Shown: positions 20,478 to 31,792, numbered from the stretch's first letter. The stretch: 64,000 bases of DNA from Hydrurus foetidus (GCA_900617105.1 UYFQ01000001.1:4340001-4404000), one strand, 5' to 3'. Made by a program: numbers and translations. Notes: a model not told the origin generated them from the sequence alone.

Positions 20478-21686
20478 ATGTCTGCTAACGCGTCCCCGCC
20501 CCACGCTATGACCGCTGACGTTCCGTACCGCGACCGAAAGCGCTTTGCTTGGGCGGTTGCATTGTTGGTACCGTTATTTTCTGGGGCGGGGCCTGTCTTA
20601 TGGTGGTTCAATCCGGTGTCGTTGATGCTTTGGATTCCGGTGGTTTTTGTATATGGCGTGGTGCCCATCCTTGATGGGATGTTGGGGCAAGACACCAGCA
20701 ACCCGCCTGAATCAGCCGTGCCCCAGCTGGAGGCTGACCCGTACTACCGCCTGATTACTTTTGCCTTGGTGCCGCTGCTGTGGGCAGCATTTATCGGTGC
20801 GGCGTGGTTCAGCCAAACCGCAGGCCTTACCGCAGTGGGGATGTTCGGACTGATTGTTTCGACCGGCTTGGTCGGTGGTTTTTGTATCAATTTAGGCCAT
20901 GAAATCGGCCACAAAAAAACACGAGTTGAGCGCTGGCTGGCCAAGCTGATCCTGGCTCCGTCGTTTTATGGTCACTTCACCATTGAACACAACCGTGGCC
21001 ACCACCGCGATGTGGCGACGCCAAGCGACCCGGCTTCATCAAGAATGGGCGAAACCCTGTGGCGCTTTGTGGGGCGTGAAATGCCGGGGGCGCTTCGTCG
21101 CGCTTGGGCGCTTGAGCGCGAACGAACGCGGCTTGATGGTCAAGCGTTCTGGTCATGGCACAACGAGATCCTGCAAACCGCCGCGATCAGCGCGCTTTTG
21201 TGGGCCGCGCTGTGCGGGTGGCTGGGTCCGCAGGTGTTGTGGTTTTTGTTGCCCGTCGCACTGTGGACTAACTTTCAATTGACCTTGGCCAACTACATTG
21301 AACACTACGGCCTGCTGCGCCAACAAGCCCCAAAAGGTCGTTATGAAACCTGCAAACCCCACCACTCTTGGAACAGTAACCATACCTTTTCAAACTGGGC
21401 GACGTTTCATTTGCAGCGCCATTCTGACCACCATGCCCACCCGATGCGGCGCTACCAGTCGCTGCGCCACTTTGAAGAGGCACCGCAGCTACCTGCGGGC
21501 TACTCCGCCATGTTTGTGGTGGCCTTCATTCCGCCGCTGTGGTTTGCCATGATGGACAAGCGCTTGCTTGCCGCTGTTGACCATGACCCTACGCGCATTA
21601 ACTTTGCGCCCGGCAAGCGCAAGCGCCTGATCGCCAAGCATGGGTTGGAAGAAGTGCTTCCGCCCACGTCGCCTGTTGATGCCTAG
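20478..21686 (+). CDS. alkB: Alkane 1-monooxygenase
   Basis: His boxes HEIGHK, EHNRGHH, NYIEHYG and LQRHSDHHA. Confidence 0.95.
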   Translation: MSANASPPHAMTADVPYRDRKRFAWAVALLVPLFSGAGPVLWWFNPVSLMLWIPVVFVYGVVPILDGMLGQDTSNPPESAVPQLEADPYYRLITFALVPLLWAAFIGAAWFSQTAGLTAVGMFGLIVSTGLVGGFCINLGHEIGHKKTRVERWLAKLILAPSFYGHFTIEHNRGHHRDVATPSDPASSRMGETLWRFVGREMPGALRRAWALERERTRLDGQAFWSWHNEILQTAAISALLWAALCGWLGPQVLWFLLPVALWTNFQLTLANYIEHYGLLRQQAPKGRYETCKPHHSWNSNHTFSNWATFHLQRHSDHHAHPMRRYQSLRHFEEAPQLPAGYSAMFVVAFIPPLWFAMMDKRLLAAVDHDPTRINFAPGKRKRLIAKHGLEEVLPPTSPVDA

Positions 21687-21799
21687 GTCTTGTTTTGTTA
21701 GGCGCGAAAGCGTGCGCTTTCCATACCCTCGGCGGCCTGATACCGTAAAAACGCAGGTCGGTTAGCGAAGCGTCACCGTTCCTGCGGGACATGTTTGAC

Positions 21800-22303
21800 C
21801 TATGAAGGCCAATCCAGCTTGCCGCTGGTGTCCATGTGCGTCAGGTACACGCGCAAGTCAAACTCGTACTGGTGGTACTGCGGCTCCATGTAAGTGCAGA
21901 GCTTGTAGAAGTCCTTGTCGTGGTCTTTTTCTTTGATGTGCGCCAGCTCGTGCACCGTGATCATTTTTAAGAACTCATCCGGCACTTCTTTGAACAACGA
22001 TGACACGCGAATTTCGCGTTTGGCTTTGAGCTTGTTGCCCTGCACACGGCTGATTTGCGTGTGGGTGCCCAGCGCGTGGGCAATGACTTGCAGGCGGTTG
22101 TCAAACGCTACTTTTGACAGCGGCTCAGAGCTGCGCAAGAACTCATTTTTAAGCCCCATCACGTAGTCGTACAGCGCCTTGTCGGTGCGCACGCTGTGGA
22201 TGCGCGGGTATTTTTTCAGCAGCATGTCGCCCAGCTTGCCTTGGCTTTGCAGTTGCTGCACTTGCGATTGCAGGCTTTCGGGGTAGGCGCTGAGGTATTT
22301 CAC
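21800..22303 (-). CDS. YgjP-like zinc-dependent hydrolase
   Basis: VHELAH motif; MKYLSAYP N-terminus. Confidence 0.85.
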   Translation of the reverse strand: MKYLSAYPESLQSQVQQLQSQGKLGDMLLKKYPRIHSVRTDKALYDYVMGLKNEFLRSSEPLSKVAFDNRLQVIAHALGTHTQISRVQGNKLKAKREIRVSSLFKEVPDEFLKMITVHELAHIKEKDHDKDFYKLCTYMEPQYHQYEFDLRVYLTHMDTSGKLDWPS

Positions 22304-22313
22304 TTGGGATAAT

Positions 22314-22363
22314 TACTATTAATTTAGGAGCTGTTTGGCCCCGTATTTATTGGGTTATAGGCC
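22314..22363 (+). repeat. REP-like family copy
   Basis: TACTATTAATTTAGGAGCTG..CCCGTATTTATTGGGTTATAGGCC. Confidence 0.85.
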
Positions 22364-22399
22364 TAAAAAACACATTTTTAGCAGTTTTTAAACCGCTAG

Positions 22400-22434
22400 C
22401 CCTCACCCCTGCCCGCTCCCAATGGGAGAGGGAG
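22400..22434. repeat. CCCTCACCCC..GGGAGAGGG palindromic REP-type hairpin after lysS
   Basis: CCCTCACCCCTGCCCGCTCCCAATGGGAGAGGGAG; single copy in the window. Confidence 0.6.
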
Positions 22435-22438
22435 TAAA

Positions 22439-24004
22439 TCAAACTTCCCGCCTTAGGGCCGGGAACAAGATCACATCCCGAATGCTGGCGCTGTCTGTCA
22501 GAAGCATCATCAGCCGATCGATGCCCACCCCGCAACCACCGGTGGGGGGCATGCCGTATTCCAGCGCGCGCACAAAGTCGTGGTCGTAAAACATGGCTTC
22601 GTCGTCGCCGCTGTCCTTGGCGGCTACTTGCGCGTTAAAGCGAGCGGCTTGCTCTTGGGCGTCGTTCAGCTCGCTAAAACCATTGCCGAACTCGCGGCCG
22701 GTGATGTACAGCTCGAATCGCTCGGTGACTTCTGGGCGGCTGTCGTTGGCGCGTGCCAGTGGCGATATTTCGGTCGGGTGTTCCATGATGAAGGTCGGCT
22801 GCCAGAGCTTTTCTTCGACGGTTTCTTCAAAGTACATGACCTGCAGACTGGCGAGTGACCGCGTGCTGAGGCGGTCTTTTTGTTCGTTAAAACCCAGCTT
22901 TTTCAGCTTCTCCGTCAGCCAGACGGCATCGTCTACGCCTGCATCCACGCCGAGGGCTGAATCGGTGTGCTTCAAAATCGCTTCACGGATCGTCAGGCGT
23001 TCAAATGGCTGGCTCAAATCGACGGGCTTGTCGGCGTAACTTAGTTGCAATGAACCGCAGATCTTTTGCGCCACATCGCGAATCAGCGCTTCGGTAAAGT
23101 TCATCAAGTCTTCGTAGTTCCACCACGCGGCATAGAACTCCATCATCGTGAATTCCGGATTGTGGCGCACGCTGATGCCTTCGTTGCGGTAGCTGCGGTT
23201 GATCTCAAACACGCGCTCAAAGCCGCCAACGATCAGCCGCTTCAGGTACAGCTCGGGTGCAATGCGCAAGAACATTTCCTGGTCCAGCGCGTTGTGGTGC
23301 GTTTTGAATGGTTTGGCATTGGCCCCGCCAGGTATCGGGTGCAGCATCGGCGTTTCGACTTCCAGAAAGTCATTTGCCACCATAAATTCACGAATGCCAC
23401 TGACCGCTTTGCTGCGCGCCATAAAGCGTTTGCGGGCCGACTCGTCAGTGATCAAGTCCACATAGCGCTGGCGGTACTTGACCTCCTGGTCGGCCATGCC
23501 GTGAAACTTGTCGGGCAGCGGGCGCAGGCTTTTCGTCACAAGCCTGATGCCGGTGGCGTGAATCGACAACTCGCCGGTTTTGGTTTTAAACAGCGTGCCA
23601 GTGGCCCAAACAATATCGCCCAAGTCCCAGTGCTTGAAAGCGTTGTGAACGTCTTCGCCCACGCCTTCGTTGTTGATGTACACCTGAATGCGGCCGCCCG
23701 ATGGGCCAAACGATGCGTCTTGCAGCGTAGCAAAACTGGCCTTGCCCATCACGCGCTTGAGCATCATGCGGCCCGCCACGCTGACCGTTGCGGCCAGCGG
23801 CTCTAGCTCTTCTTTGGTTTTGCTGTCGTATTGGGCAAATAGTGCTTCGGCCCGGTGGGCGGGCTTGATGTCGTTGGGGAAAGCAATGCCAGCGGTGCGC
23901 AGGGCTTTGAGCTTTTCACGTCGCTCAACCATCAACTGGTTTTCATCTTGCGGGACGGGGGAGGTTACCGAGGCGGCAGGCTGGGGCGTGGTTTGAATGG
24001 TCAT
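22439..24004 (-). CDS. lysS: Lysine--tRNA ligase (class II)
   Basis: [21 protein letters not shown] and GIDRL motifs; start reassigned to MTIQ. Confidence 0.97.
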   Translation of the reverse strand: MTIQTTPQPAASVTSPVPQDENQLMVERREKLKALRTAGIAFPNDIKPAHRAEALFAQYDSKTKEELEPLAATVSVAGRMMLKRVMGKASFATLQDASFGPSGGRIQVYINNEGVGEDVHNAFKHWDLGDIVWATGTLFKTKTGELSIHATGIRLVTKSLRPLPDKFHGMADQEVKYRQRYVDLITDESARKRFMARSKAVSGIREFMVANDFLEVETPMLHPIPGGANAKPFKTHHNALDQEMFLRIAPELYLKRLIVGGFERVFEINRSYRNEGISVRHNPEFTMMEFYAAWWNYEDLMNFTEALIRDVAQKICGSLQLSYADKPVDLSQPFERLTIREAILKHTDSALGVDAGVDDAVWLTEKLKKLGFNEQKDRLSTRSLASLQVMYFEETVEEKLWQPTFIMEHPTEISPLARANDSRPEVTERFELYITGREFGNGFSELNDAQEQAARFNAQVAAKDSGDDEAMFYDHDFVRALEYGMPPTGGCGVGIDRLMMLLTDSASIRDVILFPALRREV

Positions 24005-24115
24005 GTAGCGGCTGTTGGTTCGGCTGGTTTGGCAATTAATGCCTGATTTTAAGTTTTTACGGGGCGTGCCAGCCAAATACGCCGGCATACAGGCTCTACA
24101 GCTGGGGCCTGTGCC

Positions 24116-25639
24116 TTGATAATCGGGACAATGTTTTTGCGCGCTGGTCTTTTTTCGCTTGCTCTGCTGCTGGTCAGTCGACTGTTGGGGCTTGCCCGCG
24201 AGTCCGCATTGGCGTCGGCTTTTGGCGCCAGCGGCATGGGCGACGCCATCATTGTGATGTTTACGCTGCCCGACTTGTTGGTGGGCGTGCTGGTCAGTGG
24301 TGCGCTGGCTTATGTACTGGTGCCCGCGTGGGCGGCGCAACCGGCGCAAATTCGAACCGATAAAACCAGGTCATTAACATTGATTTTGGCGCTTGGCGGC
24401 GTGGCGGTCGGTGGGTTGGTGTGGGTCTTCAGGCAGGCTGTGGTGGCGGCGCTGGCACCGGGCTTATCAAGCGACATGGCGGCACTGGCGGCGGCTTCGT
24501 TGGGCTACAGCGCTGCCGTGCTGCCACTGGCCATGGTGGCCGCGTTGTGGGCTACGCGGCTGCAGCATGAGCGTGATTTTGTCGGCATGTATGCCGCTAA
24601 TGTGGTGGTTAACCTAATTTTGGTGACCGGTTTGCTGGCCGTGGGCGGCGGTTTGTGGGCTTTTCGCGGTATTGCTTTTAACGTGGTCAATGCCCTAGGT
24701 GGGTGCCTGGTGGCGGCGATGGTTATTCGGCTGGTATGGCTGGGCTGGCGGCTCTTTAAAACCGAACCTCCAGTTTCTAACGCGAGCCATAAAAAGTCGA
24801 CAACCGCATGGCCAGCTGCCCATTTGTGGCTGTGGGCGGCATTGTCATCTGCGCTGGTGCTGCTGCTGCCGCTGGTGGCACGCAGTTTGGTGTCGCAGTC
24901 GGGCGAGGGCGCGCTGGCCAGTTTTAACTACGCGTGGAAGCTGATTGAACTGCCGCTGCTGCTGGCGATTCAGTTGGTGGCGAGCATTGCTTTCCCGGCC
25001 ATTGCGGCTGCGCCCGCCGATTCGCTTGAGCGCCAGCGCGCGCTTGCCATGGCCTTCGCGTTGGCCTGGAGTTTGGCGTGCGCGGCTGTAGCGGTGGTGG
25101 GGGTATTCGCCAGGCCGCTGGCTAATGTGCTGTTTGGTTGGGGCAGCATGACCCCTGCGGGCATTGATGTTATTGCCCATTGGGCCGCTATTGGTGTGTG
25201 GTCGCTGCTGCCGCAGGCGCTAATTGCCGTGCTGCTGACCGTGATGGCCATAGCCCATCGCATGCGCGTGGCGGTGTTTGCTTTCGCTGCGGCCGTGATT
25301 GGCTTGTTAGCGGTGGGGCTGGCCGTGCCTGCGCAAGGAGAAGTGGTGATGCTGGCCATCAACATCACGCTTGGGGCAGTGGCGCTTGCGTTGCTGGCCA
25401 CTGAGCGGCGCAGCATTCGGGGTGCGCTGCCGTTGAGCGCATTGGCTGCACCGTTGGCGGCCTGCATCGTACTGGTGTGGTTTAAACCGCTGTGGGTGGG
25501 TGTAAGCCTGCCCGTCGCTATCATTGTCGCAGTTGCTTATGGGCTGCTGGTATTGGGGGTTGGGGTGGCTTGCAGCTCTGTGCTCAGAACATTTGCTTTG
25601 CAAAAAATTACCCGCCGCCCAATTTTTCCGTCCGCATAG
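24116..25639 (+). CDS. MurJ/MviN-like flippase
   Basis: [14 protein letters not shown] and YAWKLIELP; multi-TM. Confidence 0.8.
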   Translation: MIIGTMFLRAGLFSLALLLVSRLLGLARESALASAFGASGMGDAIIVMFTLPDLLVGVLVSGALAYVLVPAWAAQPAQIRTDKTRSLTLILALGGVAVGGLVWVFRQAVVAALAPGLSSDMAALAAASLGYSAAVLPLAMVAALWATRLQHERDFVGMYAANVVVNLILVTGLLAVGGGLWAFRGIAFNVVNALGGCLVAAMVIRLVWLGWRLFKTEPPVSNASHKKSTTAWPAAHLWLWAALSSALVLLLPLVARSLVSQSGEGALASFNYAWKLIELPLLLAIQLVASIAFPAIAAAPADSLERQRALAMAFALAWSLACAAVAVVGVFARPLANVLFGWGSMTPAGIDVIAHWAAIGVWSLLPQALIAVLLTVMAIAHRMRVAVFAFAAAVIGLLAVGLAVPAQGEVVMLAINITLGAVALALLATERRSIRGALPLSALAAPLAACIVLVWFKPLWVGVSLPVAIIVAVAYGLLVLGVGVACSSVLRTFALQKITRRPIFPSA

Positions 25640-25641
25640 CC

Positions 25642-26469
25642 ATGATTGATTTGCTCGCCATTACCAATTTGCCAGCGCTTGCCCGGCAGTTCGATGCGCT
25701 GCCAGGCGTGCGCCTGTTTGTTGACCTGGAGCGCAACGGCAAGGCGGCGCGGCAAGCTGGACGCAGCACGTTTATTAGCAACCACCACATGCAAGACGTG
25801 GGGCGCATTAAAGCGGTGCTGAAAAACGCTAGGTTGATGGTGCGTGTTAATCCGTACGAAGCAGGCAATGCCGCGGCAAGTAGCGCCGAGATTGATGCAG
25901 TGCTGGCGCAGGGGGCAGACATGATCATGCTTCCGATGTTCCATAGCGCTGCCGAGCTGCGCGCGTTTGCTGGCTTGGTGGGCGCGCGAGTGCCTGTTGT
26001 GGCTTTGCTTGAAACGCAAGGCGCTTTGAGATCTATCAATGACTGGGCGGGCACGCCGGGGCTGGCCGAAGTTTTTATTGGGCTGAACGACTTGCATGTG
26101 GCTCTGGGCTGCCAATTTATGTTTGAGCCGCTGGCTATGGGGCATGTGGACAGCGTTGCAAAAGTAGCCAAGGCGCACGGCCTGCGATTTGGCTTTGGCG
26201 GCATTGCGCGTATGGATGAGGGGGCGCTGCCCGGGCGCGATGTGCTGGCAGAGCATGGCCGACTTGGCTCTGATGCTGTGATTTTGTCGCGCACGTTTTT
26301 TAGAGATGACCTTGCAGTGTCAGCAGTCACACTGGAAGAGGCGATCAACGCACTGCGGCGCTGCGAAGCCGAGCTTGCCCTGCGCAGCGCCGCTGATGTG
26401 GCAGTTGACCAAGCGCGAATCAACGCCGCGATTAACCACTTGGCTCAAGCTGAGAGCGCCGCACCATGA
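25642..26469 (+). CDS. HpcH/HpaI aldolase/citrate-lyase family protein
   Basis: FVDLE, VRVNP, LLET and IGLNDL motifs. Confidence 0.8.
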   Translation: MIDLLAITNLPALARQFDALPGVRLFVDLERNGKAARQAGRSTFISNHHMQDVGRIKAVLKNARLMVRVNPYEAGNAAASSAEIDAVLAQGADMIMLPMFHSAAELRAFAGLVGARVPVVALLETQGALRSINDWAGTPGLAEVFIGLNDLHVALGCQFMFEPLAMGHVDSVAKVAKAHGLRFGFGGIARMDEGALPGRDVLAEHGRLGSDAVILSRTFFRDDLAVSAVTLEEAINALRRCEAELALRSAADVAVDQARINAAINHLAQAESAAP

Positions 26470-27020
26470 AGCGATTGATCGACATCGTGCTGGCTTGTTT
26501 GGCGCTGCTGGTGCTGTCGCCTTTGCTGCTGGTCGCCAGCTTGGCCGTGTGGCTTGACTCAGGGCGGCCTGTCTTTTTCAGGCAAACCCGGGTGGGGCTC
26601 AATGGCAACAAGTTTGGCATGTTTAAATTTCGCAGCATGCGGACGAACGCTGAATCAACAGGCCCTTACTTCACGCAAAGCAACGACCCGCGTATCACCC
26701 GCGTCGGTAAATTTATTCGCCGCACCAGCATTGACGAGCTGCCGCAACTCGTCAACGTGCTGCTGGGCGACATGAGCCTGGTGGGCCCGCGGCCAGACGT
26801 GCCAGCGCAGCAGCCGTTGTACAGCGCTGATGAATGGCAACAGCGCTGCAGTGTGCTGCCTGGGATTACCGGACTGGCGCAGGCGCAGATTCGTTCAATG
26901 GGCACCCATCAAGATCGGCTGGCGCTGGACTTGCGCTACACGCGCGAGCAAAGCCTGTGGCTGGACATCAAAATCTTGTGGCGCACGCTAGGCCGACTCA
27001 ATGGCAAAGGCGGCAACTGA
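26466..27020 (+). CDS. Initiating sugar-1-phosphate transferase (PglC-like)
   Basis: KFRSM, DELPQL and [10 protein letters not shown] motifs. Confidence 0.92.
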   Translation: MKRLIDIVLACLALLVLSPLLLVASLAVWLDSGRPVFFRQTRVGLNGNKFGMFKFRSMRTNAESTGPYFTQSNDPRITRVGKFIRRTSIDELPQLVNVLLGDMSLVGPRPDVPAQQPLYSADEWQQRCSVLPGITGLAQAQIRSMGTHQDRLALDLRYTREQSLWLDIKILWRTLGRLNGKGGN

Positions 27021-28819
27021 TGTGCGGCATATTTGGCTACTGGAGCCGTAGCCGCACGCCGCTGGGTGACGCCGCGCTGGAGACGATGGCGCAAAAGCTG
27101 GTGCATCGTGGGCCAGACGATGAGGGCATTTGGCACCAGCCCCAGCGTGGCGTGGGCATTGGCAACCGGCGGTTATCCATCATTGACATTGGCGGCGGGC
27201 ACCAGCCGTTTGTCAGCGACGATGGCCAGGTCGCCGTGGTGCAAAACGGCGAGATATTTAACTTCATTGAACTGGCCAACGAGCTGCGTGCGCAGGGCGT
27301 GCAACTCAAAACCGCATCAGACACCGAAGTGATTTTGCGGCTTTATGAGCGCGAGGGCATCGGCTTTGTCAGCAAACTGAACGGCATGTTTGCCATTGCA
27401 ATTGACGATGCACGCGAAGATGCCTTGTACCTGGTGCGCGACCGGATTGGCGTTAAGCCGCTTTGTGTGCTGGATGATGGCGAGCGCATGCTTTTTGCCT
27501 CAGAAATCAAGGCAATTCTGCCTGTAGCCGAATTAAATCGGGCGCGAGCAGCTATTGATTTAGTAGCGATTCACCACTACCTGACGTTTAACTACATTCC
27601 CGCGCCGTGGACGGTTTACGAGAACATCAAGCACGTGATGCCCGGCACGTGGACGAAATTTACCCGCAAGCCAGGCGCAGCGGGCGTGCAAACCCAGCGC
27701 TGGTGGAGCTTGGCCGACCAGCGCGAGCGTGACTTTGAATTTGACGATTGGTCAGCGCAGTTCATGTCGATTCTGGACGACGCCACACGCATCAGGCTGC
27801 GCGCTGATGTGCCATTTGGCGCATTTTTATCAGGCGGCGTAGACAGCAGCACGGTGGTGGGCCTAATGGCGCGACACGTTACCCGCCCGGTCAAAACATT
27901 TTGCATTGGCTTTGAAGACCCGCGCTATGACGAATCCGCTTTTGCCTCGCAGGCGGCGCAACGCTTTGGCTGTGACCACACGATGGAAGTCGCTGAGCTG
28001 AACATGCTCGCGTCGTGGCCCAAGGTGCTGCACCACCTAGACCAGCCGCACGGAGATGCGTCTTTTATGCCCACGCTTCGGGTGAGTGAGCTGGCAGCCA
28101 AGCACGTCAAGGTGGTGCTAACAGGTGATGGGGGTGATGAGCTGTTTGCAGGGTACGACAAATACGCAGCGTTTTTTGCAAGGCCTGACGGGCAAACCAT
28201 GCCGGCTGCTGATTTTCAGCGGCAGTATTTCGATTCAATCTCACTGTTTTCAACCGCCGCAAAAAACGCGCTGTACCAGCCACACGTGCGCAAGCAGCTC
28301 GCAGGCATCGACAGTTTTGAGCAGGCCGCCAAGCCTTGGTTTGATGAGGCGCAGCATTTCGACCGCGTTAATCAGGCACTGTATTTGGATATGCAGCTGC
28401 TGCTCAGCGGCAACAATTTAGTCAAACCCGACCGCATGGGCATGGCCGTCAGCATTGAGGCGCGCACGCCGTTTTTAGACTACCGCATGATGGAGTTTGC
28501 TTTCCAGTCGCGCGGTGCTACCAAGCTGTCGAGCCAAGGCGACAAAAAGCACTGGTTTAAAAAAGCCGCCGCGCCCTTGATTGGTGAGAATTTGGCGCAC
28601 CGCAAAAAGCAGATGTTTACCGTGCCGGTGGGTGACTGGTTTAAAGGTGCAAGTTACCCGTGGCTAAGGAATACGCTACAAAAAAGTGAGCTAATTACGC
28701 CTATATTTGTTGGGCTAGAGATCGATTTAATGCTTGAAAAGCACCGTACAGGCGCTGCCAACTACACCCGCGAGTTGCGGGCACTGGCGGCATTAGCGTT
28801 GTGGGGCGAAGCGCTATGA
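27020..28819 (+). CDS. asnB: Asparagine synthase-like amidotransferase (glycan modifying)
   Basis: MCGI start, HRGPD, LSGGVDSS and TGDGGDE motifs. Confidence 0.9.
   Translation: MCGIFGYWSRSRTPLGDAALETMAQKLVHRGPDDEGIWHQPQRGVGIGNRRLSIIDIGGGHQPFVSDDGQVAVVQNGEIFNFIELANELRAQGVQLKTASDTEVILRLYEREGIGFVSKLNGMFAIAIDDAREDALYLVRDRIGVKPLCVLDDGERMLFASEIKAILPVAELNRARAAIDLVAIHHYLTFNYIPAPWTVYENIKHVMPGTWTKFTRKPGAAGVQTQRWWSLADQRERDFEFDDWSAQFMSILDDATRIRLRADVPFGAFLSGGVDSSTVVGLMARHVTRPVKTFCIGFEDPRYDESAFASQAAQRFGCDHTMEVAELNMLASWPKVLHHLDQPHGDASFMPTLRVSELAAKHVKVVLTGDGGDELFAGYDKYAAFFARPDGQTMPAADFQRQYFDSISLFSTAAKNALYQPHVRKQLAGIDSFEQAAKPWFDEAQHFDRVNQALYLDMQLLLSGNNLVKPDRMGMAVSIEARTPFLDYRMMEFAFQSRGATKLSSQGDKKHWFKKAAAPLIGENLAHRKKQMFTVPVGDWFKGASYPWLRNTLQKSELITPIFVGLEIDLMLEKHRTGAANYTRELRALAALALWGEAL
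27520..27568 (-). repeat. REP-like copy embedded in asnB
   Basis: GCCTGTAGCCGAATTAAATCGGGCGCGAGCAGCTATTGATTTAGTAGCG. Confidence 0.9.
28674..28720 (+). repeat. Second REP-like copy embedded in asnB
   Basis: CGCTACAAAAAAGTGAGCTAATTACGCCTATATTTGTTGGGCTAGAG. Confidence 0.75.
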
Positions 28820-30066
28820 AAGTGCTCTTTGTCAGTTATGGGGGAGGACATATTGAAATGTGCCTGCCTGTCATCCGTGCATTGCGACAGGTGGTAGAAC
28901 AATGTGAGGTGCGTTTGTTGGCTTTGACTACCGCGTTCGATGTGGCTAAACGTGCTGGAGAGTCGCCATTGGGCTACGCCGACTTCTGCAACCAGGCTGA
29001 CGTTAAGCGGGCGCTGGCTTATGGAGAACAACTGCTGCACGACCAGCAACATCCAACCGTGTTGCGGCAAGAATCCCTAGCCTATCTGGGATTTAATTTT
29101 TTGGAATGGGTGCGTGTTGAAGGCGAGTCAGTGGCTTGGGAGCGCTGGCGCAACATCGGCCGCCGCGGATTTTTGCCGCTGCATTTTTTTGATCACGTTT
29201 TACGTACAGAAAAACCAGATGTTGTGGTTGCCACCAACTCTCCTAGATCCGAACAAGCTGCTTTGCAGGCCGCTAACGCTTTGGGTATCCCAAGCCTGTC
29301 GATGGTCGATCTTTTTGCATTGCCTGGTGACCCTTACCTTCAGCGTTCACACCATGCAACACGAATTGCAGTGCTGGCTGAGACTACTCGACACAATCTG
29401 ATGGTTGCTGGTGTGGATTCTTCACGTATCGTCGTGACTGGCAATCCAGCCTTCGATGCCTTGACGCTACCTCCATTTGTGGACGGTGGCTCGAAGTGGC
29501 GCCGATTACTGGGCTGGCAAGACCAGCATGTCATTTTCTGGGCTGGGCACTTGGAGCCAGATGATGCGCAGCCTCTTGATTGGGCAGGCAGCGGACTTGG
29601 GCAGCTCGTGCAGGATCGATTGGTGCAATGGGTTTTAGCTCGTAACGACGTATGCCTGGCCGTTCGCTACCACCCGAATGAGTGGCACAAATTTGCCCGA
29701 CCTCCAGCGCATCCGCGGGTATATTGGAGTCAGCCAGATCAAACCGCTTTAATGCCGGTGTTGGCAGGATGCGATCAAGTCGTTGTTCAGGCCACGACAG
29801 TGGGATTGCAGGCAAGTAAGGCAGGCAAGCGCGTTGTCAGTCTGCCTTTTTCCCCGACAGTCAAGCATTCTGGCCTCGACTATGCACAACTGGGCATATC
29901 TGTCGGGGCAAACAGCCTGGAACACATCGTGCCTGTTTTGGAACAAGGCATTGGCATGGTTGCCAGCCACCAGAGTAGCGATACAGCGGACTCATCGGCG
30001 GCGATGGCGGTAGCGCAGCTGATTGCAAATCTTGCGGTAGGCACAACCCAGAGCACTGCAATATGA
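28816..30066 (+). CDS. GT-B fold glycosyltransferase-like protein
   Basis: SYGGGH, VVTGNPAFD and RYHPNE motifs. Confidence 0.7.
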   Translation: MKVLFVSYGGGHIEMCLPVIRALRQVVEQCEVRLLALTTAFDVAKRAGESPLGYADFCNQADVKRALAYGEQLLHDQQHPTVLRQESLAYLGFNFLEWVRVEGESVAWERWRNIGRRGFLPLHFFDHVLRTEKPDVVVATNSPRSEQAALQAANALGIPSLSMVDLFALPGDPYLQRSHHATRIAVLAETTRHNLMVAGVDSSRIVVTGNPAFDALTLPPFVDGGSKWRRLLGWQDQHVIFWAGHLEPDDAQPLDWAGSGLGQLVQDRLVQWVLARNDVCLAVRYHPNEWHKFARPPAHPRVYWSQPDQTALMPVLAGCDQVVVQATTVGLQASKAGKRVVSLPFSPTVKHSGLDYAQLGISVGANSLEHIVPVLEQGIGMVASHQSSDTADSSAAMAVAQLIANLAVGTTQSTAI

Positions 30067-30788
30067 GTTCAGACAAAAAATTACGCGTGCTTGGCCTGAT
30101 ATTGGCACGCGGCGGCAGTAAGCGATTGCCCGGAAAAAACCTTCAGCCAATGCTTGGTAAACCTTTAATTTCATGGACCATCGAGGCATCCTTGGCTTGC
30201 CCTCTGATTTGCCAGACCGTCGTCTCAACGGATTCGCAAGCTATTGCCGATGTTGCTCTTGCTGCGGGCGCCAGCGTGCCGTTCCTGCGTCCAGCAGAGT
30301 TGGCTCGCGATGAAAGTAGCTCGGCTGATGCGACGCTCCATGCACTTCAGTATTTGTTCGACCTTGAGGCGCAGGCGTTTGACGTCGTCGTGTTGTTAGA
30401 ACCAACATCTCCCTTGCGTGCGAGCAGTGATTTGAAAGGTGTCATTGAGCTTTTCAGCCAACAGTGGGAAAACACTGACGCCGTAGTAACTGTGGGAGCT
30501 GTTGGGTTGGAGCAGCCAGACGTGATGAAGTGCATGGACGAAGACGGATTTATTTCGCCTTGGCTGGCTGCTGTGACCGACGCAAAACGATTGCAATCGC
30601 GTCCCTTGTTTCCTTATGGTGTTGCTTATGCCATCAAAGTGTCCGCGCTTCAGAAATGGAGATCTTTTTACCCGCCACGTGTGGTCGGCTATCCTCTTGA
30701 GCGATGGCAAAACTACGAAGTTGATGACGCGTTCGATTTTGTGTGTGTCGCATCTATCATGGCGTACATGCAAGAAAGGACAACATGA
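30063..30788 (+). CDS. Acylneuraminate cytidylyltransferase (NeuA-like)
   Basis: ILARGGSKRLPGKN and EPTSPLR motifs. Confidence 0.9.
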   Translation: MSSDKKLRVLGLILARGGSKRLPGKNLQPMLGKPLISWTIEASLACPLICQTVVSTDSQAIADVALAAGASVPFLRPAELARDESSSADATLHALQYLFDLEAQAFDVVVLLEPTSPLRASSDLKGVIELFSQQWENTDAVVTVGAVGLEQPDVMKCMDEDGFISPWLAAVTDAKRLQSRPLFPYGVAYAIKVSALQKWRSFYPPRVVGYPLERWQNYEVDDAFDFVCVASIMAYMQERTT

Positions 30789-31792
30789 AAGTATTAGTTG
30801 TGGGGCTCGGATCAATGGGTAAGCGCCGGGTGCGCTGCCTCCAGCACCATGGAGTCAAGTCGATTTCTGGATTCGACATTAGCGCTGCGCGCCGTGAAGC
30901 CGCCGTACTTGAATACGGCATCGAAGAAGTGACTAGTCTGACTGGAACAGACTTGAAGGAGTTTGATGCAGTAATCGTTGCTACTCCGCCTGACCAACAC
31001 CACAGCGTCATGGCTTGGGCAATTGATGCGGCGGTTCCCTGCTTTGTAGAGGCTAGCGTCGTACGAGAACCACTGCCACACCTGCTGCAGCGCGCGCGAG
31101 CACTGAATGTGTTGATAGCTCCGTCCTGCACCCTTCGTTTTCACCCGGCTGTACGCGACATTACGGCAATTGTGAAGTCCGAAAAATATGGGAAGGTTTG
31201 CAATTTTTCTTACCACTGCGGCCAGTATTTGCCCGATTGGCATCCTTGGGAAAAGGTTTCTGATTACTACGTTTCCAACCCATTGACGGGTGGCGCGCGC
31301 GAAATCGTACCTTTTGAGTTGACATGGTTGGTTGACGCGTTTGGTTGGCCGGTTTCAGCCACAGGAGTCAAGATGAAGACCACCGACGTCGGCGCACCCA
31401 TTGACGACACTTACGCCATGCTGCTCAGATTTCAAGACTTTGTGGGCAGTCTTGTCATTGATGTAGTAGCACGCCAGGCAACTCGCAAGCTCACGTTAAA
31501 TTTCGAAAAGGCCACATTGGCATGGGATTGGAATGAAGGCATCGTGAAAATACATGAGGTTCAACCAAATCGCCTGATTGAAATGCATCAACCAAAAGCC
31601 AGTGCATATGCTGGCTACCACCAAAACATAAGCGAAGCGATGTATCTTGATGAGATCGGCAGTTTTCTCGCTGCTGTGGCTGGAACGCAAGTATTCCCGC
31701 ACACGCTAGAAGCGGATATTCGGGTGCTGGAGTTGCTTGAGTTGGTCGAGGCGTCTTCCAATCGGGCTTTTTTACAGGTCGGTGAGTTATGA
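30785..31792 (+). CDS. Gfo/Idh/MocA oxidoreductase
   Basis: VGLGSMGKRR and GQYLPDWHPWE motifs. Confidence 0.85.
   Translation: MKVLVVGLGSMGKRRVRCLQHHGVKSISGFDISAARREAAVLEYGIEEVTSLTGTDLKEFDAVIVATPPDQHHSVMAWAIDAAVPCFVEASVVREPLPHLLQRARALNVLIAPSCTLRFHPAVRDITAIVKSEKYGKVCNFSYHCGQYLPDWHPWEKVSDYYVSNPLTGGAREIVPFELTWLVDAFGWPVSATGVKMKTTDVGAPIDDTYAMLLRFQDFVGSLVIDVVARQATRKLTLNFEKATLAWDWNEGIVKIHEVQPNRLIEMHQPKASAYAGYHQNISEAMYLDEIGSFLAAVAGTQVFPHTLEADIRVLELLELVEASSNRAFLQVGEL

Noticed and set aside
21681..21703. attC-like GCCTA..GTTAGGC after alkB
   Set aside because: Too short for an attC site and no integron integrase is present; more likely a simple hairpin.
24005..24349. Long N-terminal extension of LysS in the ORF track
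   Set aside because: It overlaps the divergent flippase gene; the ATG at 24004 gives a normal length.
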